Positions 1 through 10,548 of a DNA stretch of 58,704 bases are shown in pieces. Each line of letters starts with the position of its first letter. Position 1 is the first letter of the stretch. This DNA comes from an uncultured Sangeribacter sp. Lineage in GTDB: Bacteria > Bacteroidota > Bacteroidia > Bacteroidales > Muribaculaceae. The translations under genes and the position numbers were made by a program. The notes beneath the pieces were generated by a model. It did no database searches. It saw only the letters and a program-made list of their open reading frames with translations, and was not told where the DNA came from. The stretch spans positions 1-58,704 of the forward strand of contig CAZPHL010000002.1 in assembly GCA_964586465.1 (NCBI GenBank). Reading direction: 5' to 3'.

Positions 1-10
1 TATAATCATT

Positions 11-928
11 ATGAATAAGAATCAGAAGATAATTTTCTATGCCGGCATGATAGCTATAGCGGCGCTGGTAGCCCTCGTTATCGTGCTTATCATCACCAAT
101 GCCTCTCGCACCGAGGAGGTCAATCAAGCCCGTGCCGAAACCGAAAACCTGCGTCTCGCCAACGACCGTCTGTTGCTGACTAACGAATTCAATCAGCTGA
201 ACGCCGATTTCAATCAGTATGAGGACCAGCAGATCTATCTTAAGAATGATTCACTCGTAAAGAAATATAATGAGGCACGCCTCAAAGTGGAGGGACTTCT
301 TACCGAACTAAATCAGGAAAAGCAGAGCAATGCGGCCAACCGCAAACGCATCCGTGACCTTGAAAATGAAATCAAGACCCTCAAAGGTATCGTAAAGCAT
401 TACCTGGAAGAGATCAGAAGGCTCGGAGAGGAAAACGAAGGTCTCAAGAAAGAGATCGAACAGGTCAACCAGCGCAATCAGCAGCTCGCATCGCAGGTGT
501 CGGTCACTACCACTCAAAATGAGCAGCTGACTCAGACTGTCAAACTGGCCAAGAAACTGAACGTCACAGGAGTGTCGCTTGTAGCTTATAATAAAAAGGG
601 GAAAGCAGAGAAAAATATCACCAAGGCTAAACAACTTGGTGTCAGCTTCATTGTCAGCCCGAACAACACAGCTGCCGCCGGAATGAAAGATTTCTATATC
701 CGCATTATTACGCCCGAAGGCAACCTTTTAGGTGGAGGAGGCTCATTCCAGCTTGACGGCTCCACTTTGCAATGCACGGCACATCGACAGATTGAATATA
801 CCAATGAGGAGGTCAGCATAAGTGTGTATTGGGACGTAAACACCACCCTCACTCCGGGCGACTATACCGTTGAAATATTTGCCGACGGTTATCGTCTTGC
901 CTCCAAGCATTTCACGATGAAAAAATAA
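11..928 (+). CDS. Membrane-anchored coiled-coil protein with C-terminal beta-rich domain (conserved hypothetical)
   Basis: N-terminal hydrophobic helix (IIFYAGMIAIAALVALVIVLII), long E/K/N/Q/L heptad region, beta-strand-rich C-terminus; followed by a terminator. Confidence 0.7.
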   Translation: MNKNQKIIFYAGMIAIAALVALVIVLIITNASRTEEVNQARAETENLRLANDRLLLTNEFNQLNADFNQYEDQQIYLKNDSLVKKYNEARLKVEGLLTELNQEKQSNAANRKRIRDLENEIKTLKGIVKHYLEEIRRLGEENEGLKKEIEQVNQRNQQLASQVSVTTTQNEQLTQTVKLAKKLNVTGVSLVAYNKKGKAEKNITKAKQLGVSFIVSPNNTAAAGMKDFYIRIITPEGNLLGGGGSFQLDGSTLQCTAHRQIEYTNEEVSISVYWDVNTTLTPGDYTVEIFADGYRLASKHFTMKK

Positions 929-939
929 TCCTTGATCCG

Positions 940-988
940 ACATAATATAAGCGCCGTGTCTTATCAGGACACGGCGCTTATATTATGT
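940..988. terminator. Bidirectional intrinsic terminator between convergent genes
   Basis: Perfect 21-bp inverted repeat ACATAATATAAGCGCCGTGTC (940-960) / GACACGGCGCTTATATTATGT (968-988). Confidence 0.85.
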
Positions 989-1030
989 AAAATTTCTATC
1001 TCTTAATTCTTTTATTATCACCGTTGAAGG

Positions 1031-3262
1031 TTAGAAAAGACTCCACGCGACGGTCAGACCGGCCATAACGATTGCTACCATCGACATGAGTTTGATAAGG
1101 ATATTGAGACTCGGACCGGATGTATCTTTAAACGGGTCACCCACGGTGTCACCCGTAACCGTTGCTTTATGCACCTCACTGCCTTTGCCTCCGAAATGAC
1201 CCTCTTCTACATACTTTTTCGCGTTGTCCCACGCACCACCGGCATTGGCCATGAAGATCGCGAGCACAAAACCGGCTGAAAGTCCACCCACCAAAAGACC
1301 TACCACGCCGGGAACACCGAAAATCAGACCCGTAAGGATTGGTACAGCGATTGCAAGAAGCGACGGGAACACCATCTCACGCTGAGCACCCTTTGTAGAG
1401 ATCTTCACGCAACGGGCATAATCAGGTTCCGCGTCACCTGTAAGAATACCCTTTATCTCGCGGAACTGTCTGCGTACCTCCTCAACCATCTTGGCAGCTG
1501 CACGTCCCACGGCATTCATAGTAAGGCCGCAGAAGAGGAAGGCCATCATCGCTCCCAGGAACATTCCGGAAAGCACTTTAGGATTCATGAGAGTTACGTC
1601 ATAATAAGTCATGAAGTCGGTGAAAGAAGCCTCATGAATCGGCACATTATTCGGCACATGAATTCCGGTAACCGGGTCTATAGTAGTTCCCACCTGTATG
1701 AATTGATTTCCGAGACGTGTCAGGCCTATACGTATCTCCTCCACGTAAGAGGCAAGGAGAGCCAGACCGGTAAGCGCAGCCGAACCGATCGCGAAACCTT
1801 TACCCGTAGCCGCCGTAGTGTTGCCGAGCGAATCAAGCGCATCAGTGCGACGTCGCACCTCCTCGCCGAGGCCACTCATCTCCGCATTGCCACCTGCATT
1901 ATCGGCTATCGGTCCGTAAGCGTCTGTAGCCAAAGTGATACCTAACGTAGACAACATACCTACAGCCGCTATACCGATGCCATAAAGACCCATCCCTACA
2001 TTGGTGAAATCAAAGCCGGCAGCAAGCCAATAAGAAAGAATGATACCGGCAACAACGGCGATAACCGGAACAGCTGTAGAAATCATACCTAAACCTATAC
2101 CTGAGATTATCACTGTGGCGGGACCGGTGGTGCCGCTCTCAGCCAATTTCTGTGTAGGTTTATACGACTGTGAGGTGTAATATTCTGTTGATCTACCGAT
2201 TACAATACCAACTATAAGACCTACAACTACAGCTAAAGAAATATTCACCCAATTCTCCATACGCAGGAGCCAAAGAATAAAGAAAGTGGCCCCAACAATC
2301 AGAAGTGAACTTAAATTTGTACCCAATGAAAGAGAACCGAGAAGATCTTTCATGGTAGCATTCTCCTTTGTCTTGACTGAAAATATACCAATGATCGACA
2401 GAATAATGCCAACTGCAGCGATAAGCATAGGAGCGATCACCGCTTTATACTGCAATTCTACAGATCCTGAAGTCATGAAAGCCGCAGCTCCCAATGCAGA
2501 GGTAGCCAAAATCGAACCACAATATGACTCATAAAGATCGGCGCCCATACCGGCCACATCACCCACATTGTCACCAACATTATCAGCAATAGTGGCAGGG
2601 TTACGGGGATCATCTTCAGGTATTCCGGCCTCCACCTTACCTACGAGGTCAGCACCTACGTCGGCAGCTTTAGTATAGATACCGCCTCCTACACGTGCGA
2701 ACAGGGCTTGGGTACTTGCTCCCATACCGAAAGTAAGCATAGTTGTGGTGATCATAGCTAACTTGGACGTAGGAGTCAGAAAATCCTCCTCCACACAGAT
2801 ATTAAGCAACCAATACCAGAAAGAGATGTCAAGCAGGCCGAGTCCGACCACCACGAGACCCATCACGGCTCCGCTTCGGAAAGCCACACGCAGGCCACCG
2901 TTGAGCGACTGACGTGCAGCATTGGCCGTACGGGCCGAAGCGTATGTCGCAGTCTTCATTCCGAGAAAACCTGAAAGACCGGAGAAGAAACCACCCGTTA
3001 GGAAAGCTACAGGCACCCAGGGATTCTGAAGATTAAACCCGTATGCCATGATTGAGAACACAATCACCAGAACAATGAAAACGATTCCAACGATCTTGTA
3101 TTGCTGACGCAGATAAGACATTGCTCCCTGACGTACATAAGAGGCGATCTTCTCCATAGTAGGAGTTCCCTCGCTCTCTCCTTTCATCTGGCTATAGAAA
3201 TACCAGGCTAATAATAGTGCGATTACTGACGACACCGGCACTATCCAAAATAATGCATCCAT
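1031..3262 (-). CDS. hppA: Membrane-integral pyrophosphatase, K+-dependent, probable Na+,H+-PPase
   Basis: Motifs [35 protein letters not shown] (Ala form = K+-dependent), [10 protein letters not shown]; many TM helices. Confidence 0.95.
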   Translation of the reverse strand: MDALFWIVPVSSVIALLLAWYFYSQMKGESEGTPTMEKIASYVRQGAMSYLRQQYKIVGIVFIVLVIVFSIMAYGFNLQNPWVPVAFLTGGFFSGLSGFLGMKTATYASARTANAARQSLNGGLRVAFRSGAVMGLVVVGLGLLDISFWYWLLNICVEEDFLTPTSKLAMITTTMLTFGMGASTQALFARVGGGIYTKAADVGADLVGKVEAGIPEDDPRNPATIADNVGDNVGDVAGMGADLYESYCGSILATSALGAAAFMTSGSVELQYKAVIAPMLIAAVGIILSIIGIFSVKTKENATMKDLLGSLSLGTNLSSLLIVGATFFILWLLRMENWVNISLAVVVGLIVGIVIGRSTEYYTSQSYKPTQKLAESGTTGPATVIISGIGLGMISTAVPVIAVVAGIILSYWLAAGFDFTNVGMGLYGIGIAAVGMLSTLGITLATDAYGPIADNAGGNAEMSGLGEEVRRRTDALDSLGNTTAATGKGFAIGSAALTGLALLASYVEEIRIGLTRLGNQFIQVGTTIDPVTGIHVPNNVPIHEASFTDFMTYYDVTLMNPKVLSGMFLGAMMAFLFCGLTMNAVGRAAAKMVEEVRRQFREIKGILTGDAEPDYARCVKISTKGAQREMVFPSLLAIAVPILTGLIFGVPGVVGLLVGGLSAGFVLAIFMANAGGAWDNAKKYVEEGHFGGKGSEVHKATVTGDTVGDPFKDTSGPSLNILIKLMSMVAIVMAGLTVAWSLF

Positions 3263-3303
3263 AAATAATGATGTTAAGTTGGTTGTTTAAAAAATTCGGC
3301 AAG

Positions 3304-3311
3304 CAAAGTTA
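3304..3311 (-). promoter_or_regulatory. Bacteroidetes primary-sigma -7 element for hppA
   Basis: TAACTTTG on the minus strand matches TAnnTTTG, about 40 nt upstream of the ATG. Confidence 0.6.
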
Positions 3312-3411
3312 TAAAATCTCCTTTACATCACGAAACAGCGCTTATATGTTTTAAAACACCGCTTTTTAACATCCGTGGTCGTAGCCTGACTCTACCCTGA
3401 GAGTCGCACAT

Positions 3412-3448
3412 AAAAAAGCCGGAACACATGTCACCATGCACCCCGGCT
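3412..3448 (-). terminator. Intrinsic terminator after the GH13 gene
   Basis: Minus strand AGCCGGGGTGCATG-GTGA-CATGTGTTCCGGCT followed by a T-tract. Confidence 0.75.
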
Positions 3449-3474
3449 AAATATCAATCTTTAAGTTTATGATG

Positions 3475-6237
3475 TCAAAGCACTATCTTCACTTTATCCT
3501 TGCCGTTTGTGACAATATAAACACCTGCTGCGGCTTCTATTCTTCCGGGGCCTTTGAGAGAGTCCACTTTACGGCCGTCCACGCCATAGATATCCACGGG
3601 AACTTCGGTATAGTCAACCACAATCGCATTCTCCTCCCCATGCACTCTTAACGAGCCGGCATCACCGTCACTCCACACAGACTCAACTGCTGCCAGATCA
3701 TTTGATCCGATTACTACATAACAATTGGCCGGAACTGTGACTGTACCACCTGCTGCACTGAAAGTCGGTGTCGTGTCATACGATTTGGAAAGAATCGTAT
3801 AGGAAGAATCATCACTCTTACCAAAACTTACATTCACGGTAATTTCTTTATCCGCATTAGGATTAATCACCGTTATAAGTTCTTTTACACCTGCTTTAGA
3901 CACCATCGTGCGCCCGTTAGCCCAGTTGGCCTGAGCACAATTGTTTTCAAACGATGCACTTTCGGCAAACAGATCAGGATTAGCTGAACGTATCGCCATC
4001 AACTCCGAATAATTATCATATAATCCCTTCCTGTCAGGATTGTCGAGCAAGCTCCAGCAGACAGTCTTGGGATCGGTGTTATTGCCTCCGTCATTATTCT
4101 TTGTATTCTGCGCATTACCGAGTTCAGAGAACTGCCATATCATGTGTGCTCCGGGAGCGAGAATCATCTGTGCGGCTGCCGAACCGAGACGATGCATCGA
4201 ATTAGGCACGTTTCCTTTTACTCCCGCCACGCCCCACTGCTCCTGCTTATAGGCCAGACGCTGTTCGTCATGACTTTCGAGGTAAGAAACGGTGGAACCC
4301 CAAGTACGCTGGTCCTTGGGAGCATACATACGGTTAAGGTTGCTGTCATCCGCATATCCCATGGCAAACTGACAACCCGCTTCGTTGATATTTGCCCAGT
4401 TAAGCTGACCTGTCTCCGCCATGTCGTTCTCCTCCTGAGCGCCGGCAAGATTCTCATTTATGAAATATCCGTTTGGATTCACGCCTTCCACTACTTTCTG
4501 CAATTCTCTCATTCGGTCGATACGCGATTGATTAAAGGCATTTGTAGCCGCATCTCCGGAATTGGCGTAAGAATCATTATTACCCAGACCTTTCACAAGA
4601 TCAAAACGGAATCCGTCAAATTTATATTCGGTCATCCAATATTCAAGCACATCCTTCCACTGCTCCTGCACCATTGGAAAACCCTGATTCCAATCGTTGA
4701 GCACACTGTAAGCATGAGGAGCCTGCATATTATAGAAAGGATTATCACCGGGCATATACATCTGATACCAGGGATGCAGACCGTCGCTCTGATTGAACAC
4801 CATATCAAGAATAACAGCAATCCCGTTCTGATGACAGATGTCGATAAACTCCTTATAGTCAGCCGGACTACCGTAAGCTTTGTCAGGAGCAAAATAGAAG
4901 TTAGGATTATAGCCCCAAGATATATTTCCGTTAAACTCCATAATAGGAAGAAGTTCAACGGCATTTACACCGAGAGTCTTGAGATAAGGAATCTTCTCGA
5001 TGGCCATGCGTACGGTGCCGTTACCGTCCGCTTTTCCTTCAGTACCTGTGAAATCACGGAAAAGCAACTCATATATCATGAGCTCAGAAGGTGCAACACC
5101 TTTGAAATCCTTCACCTGCCAAGTGTAATCGTTGATATTACCTTGATATACGGCAAGAGGCACACCATCTATCTTATCGAAAGGATACTGTGGCAGATCG
5201 GGATATACGTCGGTGGAGATATACTTGTCGTTCCAGGGGTCGAGCACAAGGCGTGCATAGGGATCGCCTACCTTCTGCACACCGTCTACAAGGAAATAAT
5301 AACCATACTGCTGCGTGTTGTCAAGGCCATCAAGAGTAATCCAGAAATAACGCAGACCGTCGACATCCTGATAATTCATTACGTACTTATTGTCATAGAC
5401 ATAGTCATTCCAAGCCCCGACAATCATGACACTCTCCTTTCCGGGTGCTCCGAGACAGAATGTGACACTACCGTCATTGTTTTTTACCGGACCCATTTTT
5501 GGAGTTCCCCCGGGATAATTCTCAGCTTTCGAGTCCTCGGCAAAGGTATAACTGCGAACTGTAGTTACTGTGGCATCCCCCGCCGTGGCCACCGCCTTCA
5601 CCACATACTCGCCGGGACCCGGGAAAGTATAGTCTACCGTAAGAAGAGTCGAGTTCTTCACAGACCCGATTTCTTTGTCATTGACACTAAGGCTTATATC
5701 GGCAGACTTGGTAGCGCCCACCTTGAACGTCACATCAGCAGTAGAGGGTGTCACTAATGATCCGCTTAGACCCGACTCTAAAGCCACCTGAAGACCGGAG
5801 TCGAGCACATCGAGAAATATATCGGCATCACCCTCACCCTTTCCCTCTTTCGATTTATCACCCGTACGGAAGACGAAAGCTAGACGTGTGACATTCACCG
5901 CCGGATCTGTTATACCGTAATATTCACGGATATCACCTATATAAAGCAGCCAGAGGTTCTCACTCACATAGCTAAGCTGATATTTCTCAGAATTGTCGCC
6001 CCATTCGGGAGCGTTTACCCAATTATTACCGTCGCTCAGGCATGCACCCGTATGAGCATATACCTTCGCGGTAGCGGGCAAACCCATAAGGCCCTTATTA
6101 CCTTGATCGGCATGGAAAAATATTTTCACATCCTTGGAGTCCTCCTGAAGCGGTGACGGTTCAGACGTGACTTGGGCATACACGCCTGTAATCGTCGCCA
6201 GCAGAAAGAGCAACGTCACAATATAAGTCTTCATCAT
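3475..6237 (-). CDS. Secreted GH13 alpha-amylase/pullulanase-family enzyme with CBM48-like module and T9SS-type C-terminal domain
   Basis: Signal peptide; GH13 regions WGYNP, DMVFN, DGFRFD, INEN, ESHDE; C-terminal IYGVDGRKV...AGVYIV...KVKIVL typical of T9SS cargo. Confidence 0.88.
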   Translation of the reverse strand: MMKTYIVTLLFLLATITGVYAQVTSEPSPLQEDSKDVKIFFHADQGNKGLMGLPATAKVYAHTGACLSDGNNWVNAPEWGDNSEKYQLSYVSENLWLLYIGDIREYYGITDPAVNVTRLAFVFRTGDKSKEGKGEGDADIFLDVLDSGLQVALESGLSGSLVTPSTADVTFKVGATKSADISLSVNDKEIGSVKNSTLLTVDYTFPGPGEYVVKAVATAGDATVTTVRSYTFAEDSKAENYPGGTPKMGPVKNNDGSVTFCLGAPGKESVMIVGAWNDYVYDNKYVMNYQDVDGLRYFWITLDGLDNTQQYGYYFLVDGVQKVGDPYARLVLDPWNDKYISTDVYPDLPQYPFDKIDGVPLAVYQGNINDYTWQVKDFKGVAPSELMIYELLFRDFTGTEGKADGNGTVRMAIEKIPYLKTLGVNAVELLPIMEFNGNISWGYNPNFYFAPDKAYGSPADYKEFIDICHQNGIAVILDMVFNQSDGLHPWYQMYMPGDNPFYNMQAPHAYSVLNDWNQGFPMVQEQWKDVLEYWMTEYKFDGFRFDLVKGLGNNDSYANSGDAATNAFNQSRIDRMRELQKVVEGVNPNGYFINENLAGAQEENDMAETGQLNWANINEAGCQFAMGYADDSNLNRMYAPKDQRTWGSTVSYLESHDEQRLAYKQEQWGVAGVKGNVPNSMHRLGSAAAQMILAPGAHMIWQFSELGNAQNTKNNDGGNNTDPKTVCWSLLDNPDRKGLYDNYSELMAIRSANPDLFAESASFENNCAQANWANGRTMVSKAGVKELITVINPNADKEITVNVSFGKSDDSSYTILSKSYDTTPTFSAAGGTVTVPANCYVVIGSNDLAAVESVWSDGDAGSLRVHGEENAIVVDYTEVPVDIYGVDGRKVDSLKGPGRIEAAAGVYIVTNGKDKVKIVL

Positions 6238-6280
6238 GGTTTGAAAGTATTTGGTTAAACAAAAAAGCAGCTTTTATACT

Positions 6281-6721
6281 TCAGTCCTCATCAGGCACGT
6301 ATGTTTCCTCACGCATGTGGGAATATTCCGTCCAATCGACATCTTCCTCCGCCTCAATTACGATAGGGATAGTAGGCAATTCCTCGAGAGCTCTATTGAA
6401 CACTACGGAAAAAATCTTGAGATTCTTCGTATAGAACACCCAGTCGCGTCGCCCGTCACCGGTATAGATGCCGGTCATGACAGCCACACGGTCTTTCTTG
6501 AAAGCCTCCATAAGGGCATCGGTAGCTTCCTCCATAATTTTGGCGTCCTCGTCTTCCGGCATGCCGTCAGGCAAGGCGTTATATTGCCAGGTCACATCTA
6601 TACGATATTTATACTTGCCGCTATCGCGGAAATCATCAATCTTGTCACGCCCTGTCACAATCACCGTACGCCCCGACTCACTTTCGGCCGGATAACTCCA
6701 CCATTTATCTGTATATTTCAT
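6281..6721 (-). CDS. DUF695-family protein
   Basis: WWSYP...VIVTGR, GMP, TGIYTGDGRRDWVFY motifs recalled for this Bacteroidetes family. Confidence 0.7.
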   Translation of the reverse strand: MKYTDKWWSYPAESESGRTVIVTGRDKIDDFRDSGKYKYRIDVTWQYNALPDGMPEDEDAKIMEEATDALMEAFKKDRVAVMTGIYTGDGRRDWVFYTKNLKIFSVVFNRALEELPTIPIVIEAEEDVDWTEYSHMREETYVPDED

Positions 6722-6768
6722 CTCATCCGCGCTTTAATGTCGTTTTCCTTTCTATGGAAAGTCAACTG

Positions 6769-7911
6769 TCAGTGTATGGTCACAAGAGTAGCGCCGAACC
6801 CATACTCCCGGAAAGAGGCATCCTGAAGTTCAGCTTTGGGATATTCTTTCTTAAGGAGGTCAAGCACAGCTTTACGGAGCACGCCCTCACCCTTACCATG
6901 AATAAACACAATCTTCTGGCCGATTCTCTGCTGATTGTCACGCATGTGCTTGCGCACGGCGGCAAGTTGCATTTCCAGCATATCCTTTGGTTCCATTCCG
7001 GTCAGCGTGTCGGTCAACTCCCCGATATGAAGATCCACTTCTATCAAAGGGAGAACTTTATGAGGATTATCGGCCGGGTTATATCGGTTACGTTTCTCAC
7101 CCTTGTCGACACGATACTTTTTCGACAGCTCGGAGGCCATATCCTTTTCAGTTTTCTTCTCCGTCATGGCCTCACGCACCTCGGCCACATTCACTTCAAG
7201 AGGTTTCGAGGCCACCCCGTCTGTGACCAGAGGCACTTCAAGAACGGGGTTATCAAAATAAAGACCCGGACGGAAACAATGGTATTTATGAAACTTAGTG
7301 AGATCAAGTTTCCGGGCTACACTAACCGGGGGTTGAAGAGTGAAAATTTTTTCTTTCTTATATGCTATACATTGGAAAGCGATTTTCTCGTATTTAGGCA
7401 GATCCTCATGTGTAAGCGTCACAAGATCTATGAGTTCATTGGGCACGACTGTCCCGTTATAGACCATGGTCCAGCCTCTTTCCTCCGCGCTGCGTCGTAA
7501 AAGAGAGAAATCCAGATAATAGTTTGAATCATTAACCAGCACCGCGGTAAACCTGGTTTTATCGAGATGCTTCACATCACCCGGTTCGAAAGCCAGCACA
7601 ATATTCGGTTTCTCCCCGTGAGGAGTTTCCTCCACAGGAAGTTCGGGTTGAGATTCCGGGACAGCCTGTGTTTTAGCCTCAGCGGGTTGAGGCGATTTCC
7701 GGCCCTCGTCAAATGCTTTCTGGTCAAACATAACCTTAGGGGCATTGGCAGCTTTCTCATGCCCTGCCGGCATGACCACCACAACCTCTTTCAACATAAC
7801 GGGGGTTTCGAAACCCTCATCATCCACGTATGCTATCTGTCCTTCGATCCTTACAATCTTTCCGCCTCCCACAGAGTTGAGAAAGCGCACAGTATCACCA
7901 ATCTTAGCCAT
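6769..7911 (-). CDS. DUF2027 / Smr-domain protein
   Basis: N-terminal KIGDTVRFLNSVGGG; C-terminal Smr domain EVDLHI...IVFIHGKGEGVLR...YGFGAT. Confidence 0.85.
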   Translation of the reverse strand: MAKIGDTVRFLNSVGGGKIVRIEGQIAYVDDEGFETPVMLKEVVVVMPAGHEKAANAPKVMFDQKAFDEGRKSPQPAEAKTQAVPESQPELPVEETPHGEKPNIVLAFEPGDVKHLDKTRFTAVLVNDSNYYLDFSLLRRSAEERGWTMVYNGTVVPNELIDLVTLTHEDLPKYEKIAFQCIAYKKEKIFTLQPPVSVARKLDLTKFHKYHCFRPGLYFDNPVLEVPLVTDGVASKPLEVNVAEVREAMTEKKTEKDMASELSKKYRVDKGEKRNRYNPADNPHKVLPLIEVDLHIGELTDTLTGMEPKDMLEMQLAAVRKHMRDNQQRIGQKIVFIHGKGEGVLRKAVLDLLKKEYPKAELQDASFREYGFGATLVTIH

Positions 7912-7933
7912 AATGCTTGTTCACTTCAATATT

Positions 7934-8929
7934 TTAATTCTCTCCGTCGCGTGGCATACGCGCGGCGAGATCTGCCTCAAATTCCTGATCCACCTTCTTC
8001 TCCTTGGCCTCATAGGCATCCACGATGCGCTGCACCAGAGGATGACGCACGATATCCTTCTTCTCATATTCAATGATACCTATGCCGTCTACACCACGAA
8101 GGATCCTGAGCGACTGCAACAGACCGCTCTGCACACTTCGGGGAAGATCAATCTGTGTGGCATCACCGGTGATTATCATACGGCTGTTGACACCCAATCG
8201 TGTCAGAAACATCTTCATCTGGTGCTTGGTAGTGTTCTGTGCTTCGTCTAAGATTATGACCGCATCATTGAGTGTACGGCCGCGCATAAAAGCCAACGGT
8301 GCAATCTGTATAGTGTCGCTCTCCATATATTCCTTAAGCTTCAGCTGAGGGATCATATCCTCCAGGGCATCATAAAGAGGACGCAGGTAAGGATCGATCT
8401 TATCCTTCATGTCACCCGGAAGAAAGCCTAATTTCTCACCGGCTTCCACAGCCGGACGAGATAATATGATACGTTTGCACGCCTTGTTTTTAAGAGCCTG
8501 CACTGCCAAAGCTATAGCTATATAAGTCTTTCCCGTGCCGGCAGGACCGAGGGCGAAAGTAAGGTCATTCTTAGCGAAACTCCTCACCATCTTGGCCTGA
8601 TTGGCATTCCGTGGAGCGATAGGACGACCCGACTGACCGAAAATTATCACTCCCTCGGCATTGACCGGTTTAGGAGGTTCCCCCTTGATCACATCGATGA
8701 TCACATCTTCCGGGAGCTTGTTATATTTCGCTGCATACTCTTCAAGCTCTTTTATCTTACGCTCGAATTCCGCAGTTTCCGAATCCTCCCCTATCACCTT
8801 CACGACATTACCTCGGGCTGCCATCCGCAATTTCGGGAAAAGATTACGGATCAAATTGATATTATTATTGTTCACCCCATAGAAAGTCTGGGGATCGACT
8901 TTATCGATAATTACTATTCGCTCGTTCAT
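7934..8929 (-). CDS. phoH: PhoH-family ATPase
   Basis: GPAGTGKT, RPAVEAGEKLGFLPGD, APLAFMRGRTL, DEAQN. Confidence 0.93.
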   Translation of the reverse strand: MNERIVIIDKVDPQTFYGVNNNNINLIRNLFPKLRMAARGNVVKVIGEDSETAEFERKIKELEEYAAKYNKLPEDVIIDVIKGEPPKPVNAEGVIIFGQSGRPIAPRNANQAKMVRSFAKNDLTFALGPAGTGKTYIAIALAVQALKNKACKRIILSRPAVEAGEKLGFLPGDMKDKIDPYLRPLYDALEDMIPQLKLKEYMESDTIQIAPLAFMRGRTLNDAVIILDEAQNTTKHQMKMFLTRLGVNSRMIITGDATQIDLPRSVQSGLLQSLRILRGVDGIGIIEYEKKDIVRHPLVQRIVDAYEAKEKKVDQEFEADLAARMPRDGEN

Positions 8930-8947
8930 TAATTCAAGTTGATATAT

Positions 8948-10468
8948 TTATCCAACGCTGCCCTCGAGAGTGATCTGGAGGAGCTTCTGAGCTTCCACCG
9001 CAAACTCCATAGGAAGTTTGTTCATCACCTCCTTGGCATAACCGTTGACTATGAGAGCTACAGCCTCCTCTGTAGGGATGCCGCGTTGCCGGCAATAGAA
9101 AAGCTGAGCTTCATTAATTTTTGAAGTGGTGGCCTCGTGTTCCACCGTGGAGCTCGAGTTCTGCACATCAATATACGGGAACGTGTGTGCGCCACATTCG
9201 CTACCCATCAGCAAAGAGTCACATTGGGTATAGTTACGGCAGTTGGTAGCATTCTTTACCACTTTGACAAGACCGCGGTAAGAATTCTGGCTTTTTCCGG
9301 CAGAGATACCCTTGCTCACGATAGTGCTTCTGGAATTCTTTCCGAGGTGTATCATCTTGGTACCGGTATCGGCCTGCTGATAATTGTTAGTGACAGCCAC
9401 CGAATAGAACTCACCCACACTCTCATCACCCTTGAGTATGCAGGAAGGATACTTCCAGGTTATGGCCGAGCCGGTCTCCACCTGTGTCCACGAGATTTTA
9501 CTCCTGTGTCCACGGCACAAGGCACGTTTGGTCACGAAATTATATATACCGCCGCGTCCCTCCTTATCGCCGGCATACCAGTTTTGCACCGTGCTGTATT
9601 TCACCTCAGCTCTCTCCTCACAGATAATCTCCACGATGGCGGCATGGAGTTGGTTCTCGTCACGCATAGGAGCTGTACACCCTTCCAGATAGCTGACATA
9701 AGCATCGTCATCAGCCACTATCAGTGTTCTTTCAAACTGACCTGTGCCGGAGGCATTGATACGGAAATATGTACTCAGCTCCATAGGGCAGCGCACCCCT
9801 TTCGGTATATATACGAAAGAACCGTCAGAAAAGACAGCAGAATTAAGAGCGGCATAGAAATTGTCACGATATCCCACCACCGTGCCGAGATATTTTTTAA
9901 CGAGATCGGGATAATCCTTGACAGCCTCCGAGAATGAACAGAAAATCACACCGAGCTCTGCAAGCTTCTCCCGATGCGTGGTCTTGACACTCACAGAGTC
10001 CATGACAGCGTCCACGGCCACTCCGGCAAGCTGTTTCTGTTCCTCCAGCGAGATGCCGAGCTTATTGAACGTCTTCACCAGTTCGGGATCCACTTCATCC
10101 ATACTTTTCTTCAGCTCCTTCTTCTTAGGGGCTGCGTAATAAGATATGGCCTGGAAATTAATTTCAGGAATTGTGAGATGGGCCCATTCAGGCACCGGAA
10201 GTGTAAGCCAATAGCGATAAGCTTTAAGACGGAAATCGAGCAGCCATTCCGGCTCCCCTTTCACCTTCGAGATAAAGCGAATCACATCCTCACTCAGACC
10301 CGGAGGCACGATCTCCGTGTCTATATCACTGGTAAATCCATATTTATATTCGGAGTTGGTGGCTTCCTTAAGCACCTTCTCACTGTCAGTGACATTCTTC
10401 GGTCCCTCTTCAGGGTTCACCGAAACAGCGCCTCTGACTTCTTCTGTATCTTTCTGATTGGTCTTCAT
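8948..10468 (-). CDS. sufB: Fe-S cluster assembly protein SufB
   Basis: [53 protein letters not shown] at 10468 preferred over TTG at 10483. Confidence 0.95.
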   Translation of the reverse strand: MKTNQKDTEEVRGAVSVNPEEGPKNVTDSEKVLKEATNSEYKYGFTSDIDTEIVPPGLSEDVIRFISKVKGEPEWLLDFRLKAYRYWLTLPVPEWAHLTIPEINFQAISYYAAPKKKELKKSMDEVDPELVKTFNKLGISLEEQKQLAGVAVDAVMDSVSVKTTHREKLAELGVIFCSFSEAVKDYPDLVKKYLGTVVGYRDNFYAALNSAVFSDGSFVYIPKGVRCPMELSTYFRINASGTGQFERTLIVADDDAYVSYLEGCTAPMRDENQLHAAIVEIICEERAEVKYSTVQNWYAGDKEGRGGIYNFVTKRALCRGHRSKISWTQVETGSAITWKYPSCILKGDESVGEFYSVAVTNNYQQADTGTKMIHLGKNSRSTIVSKGISAGKSQNSYRGLVKVVKNATNCRNYTQCDSLLMGSECGAHTFPYIDVQNSSSTVEHEATTSKINEAQLFYCRQRGIPTEEAVALIVNGYAKEVMNKLPMEFAVEAQKLLQITLEGSVG

Positions 10469-10489
10469 AATATATATGAACAATCGGAA

Positions 10490-10512
10490 GCCGCGCCCGG
10501 TTAGGACGCGGC
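10490..10512. terminator. GC-rich hairpin between the phosphatase gene and sufB (possible weak terminator)
   Basis: Minus strand GCCGCGTCC-TAACC-GGGCGCGGC; the T-tract on the minus strand is poor. Confidence 0.4.
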
Positions 10513-10548
10513 CCCCTTTTTCTGACTACAAAAATAATGAATTTCTCC

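Noticed and set aside
4144-5757. 537-aa plus-strand ORF
   Set aside because: Lies wholly antisense to the GH13 gene, with His/Ile-rich shadow composition and no motifs.
6251-10504. Several 150-270 aa plus-strand ORFs (6251, 6754, 7567, 7745, 9137, 9974)
   Set aside because: Antisense shadows of DUF695, smr, phoH and sufB with no recognisable domains.
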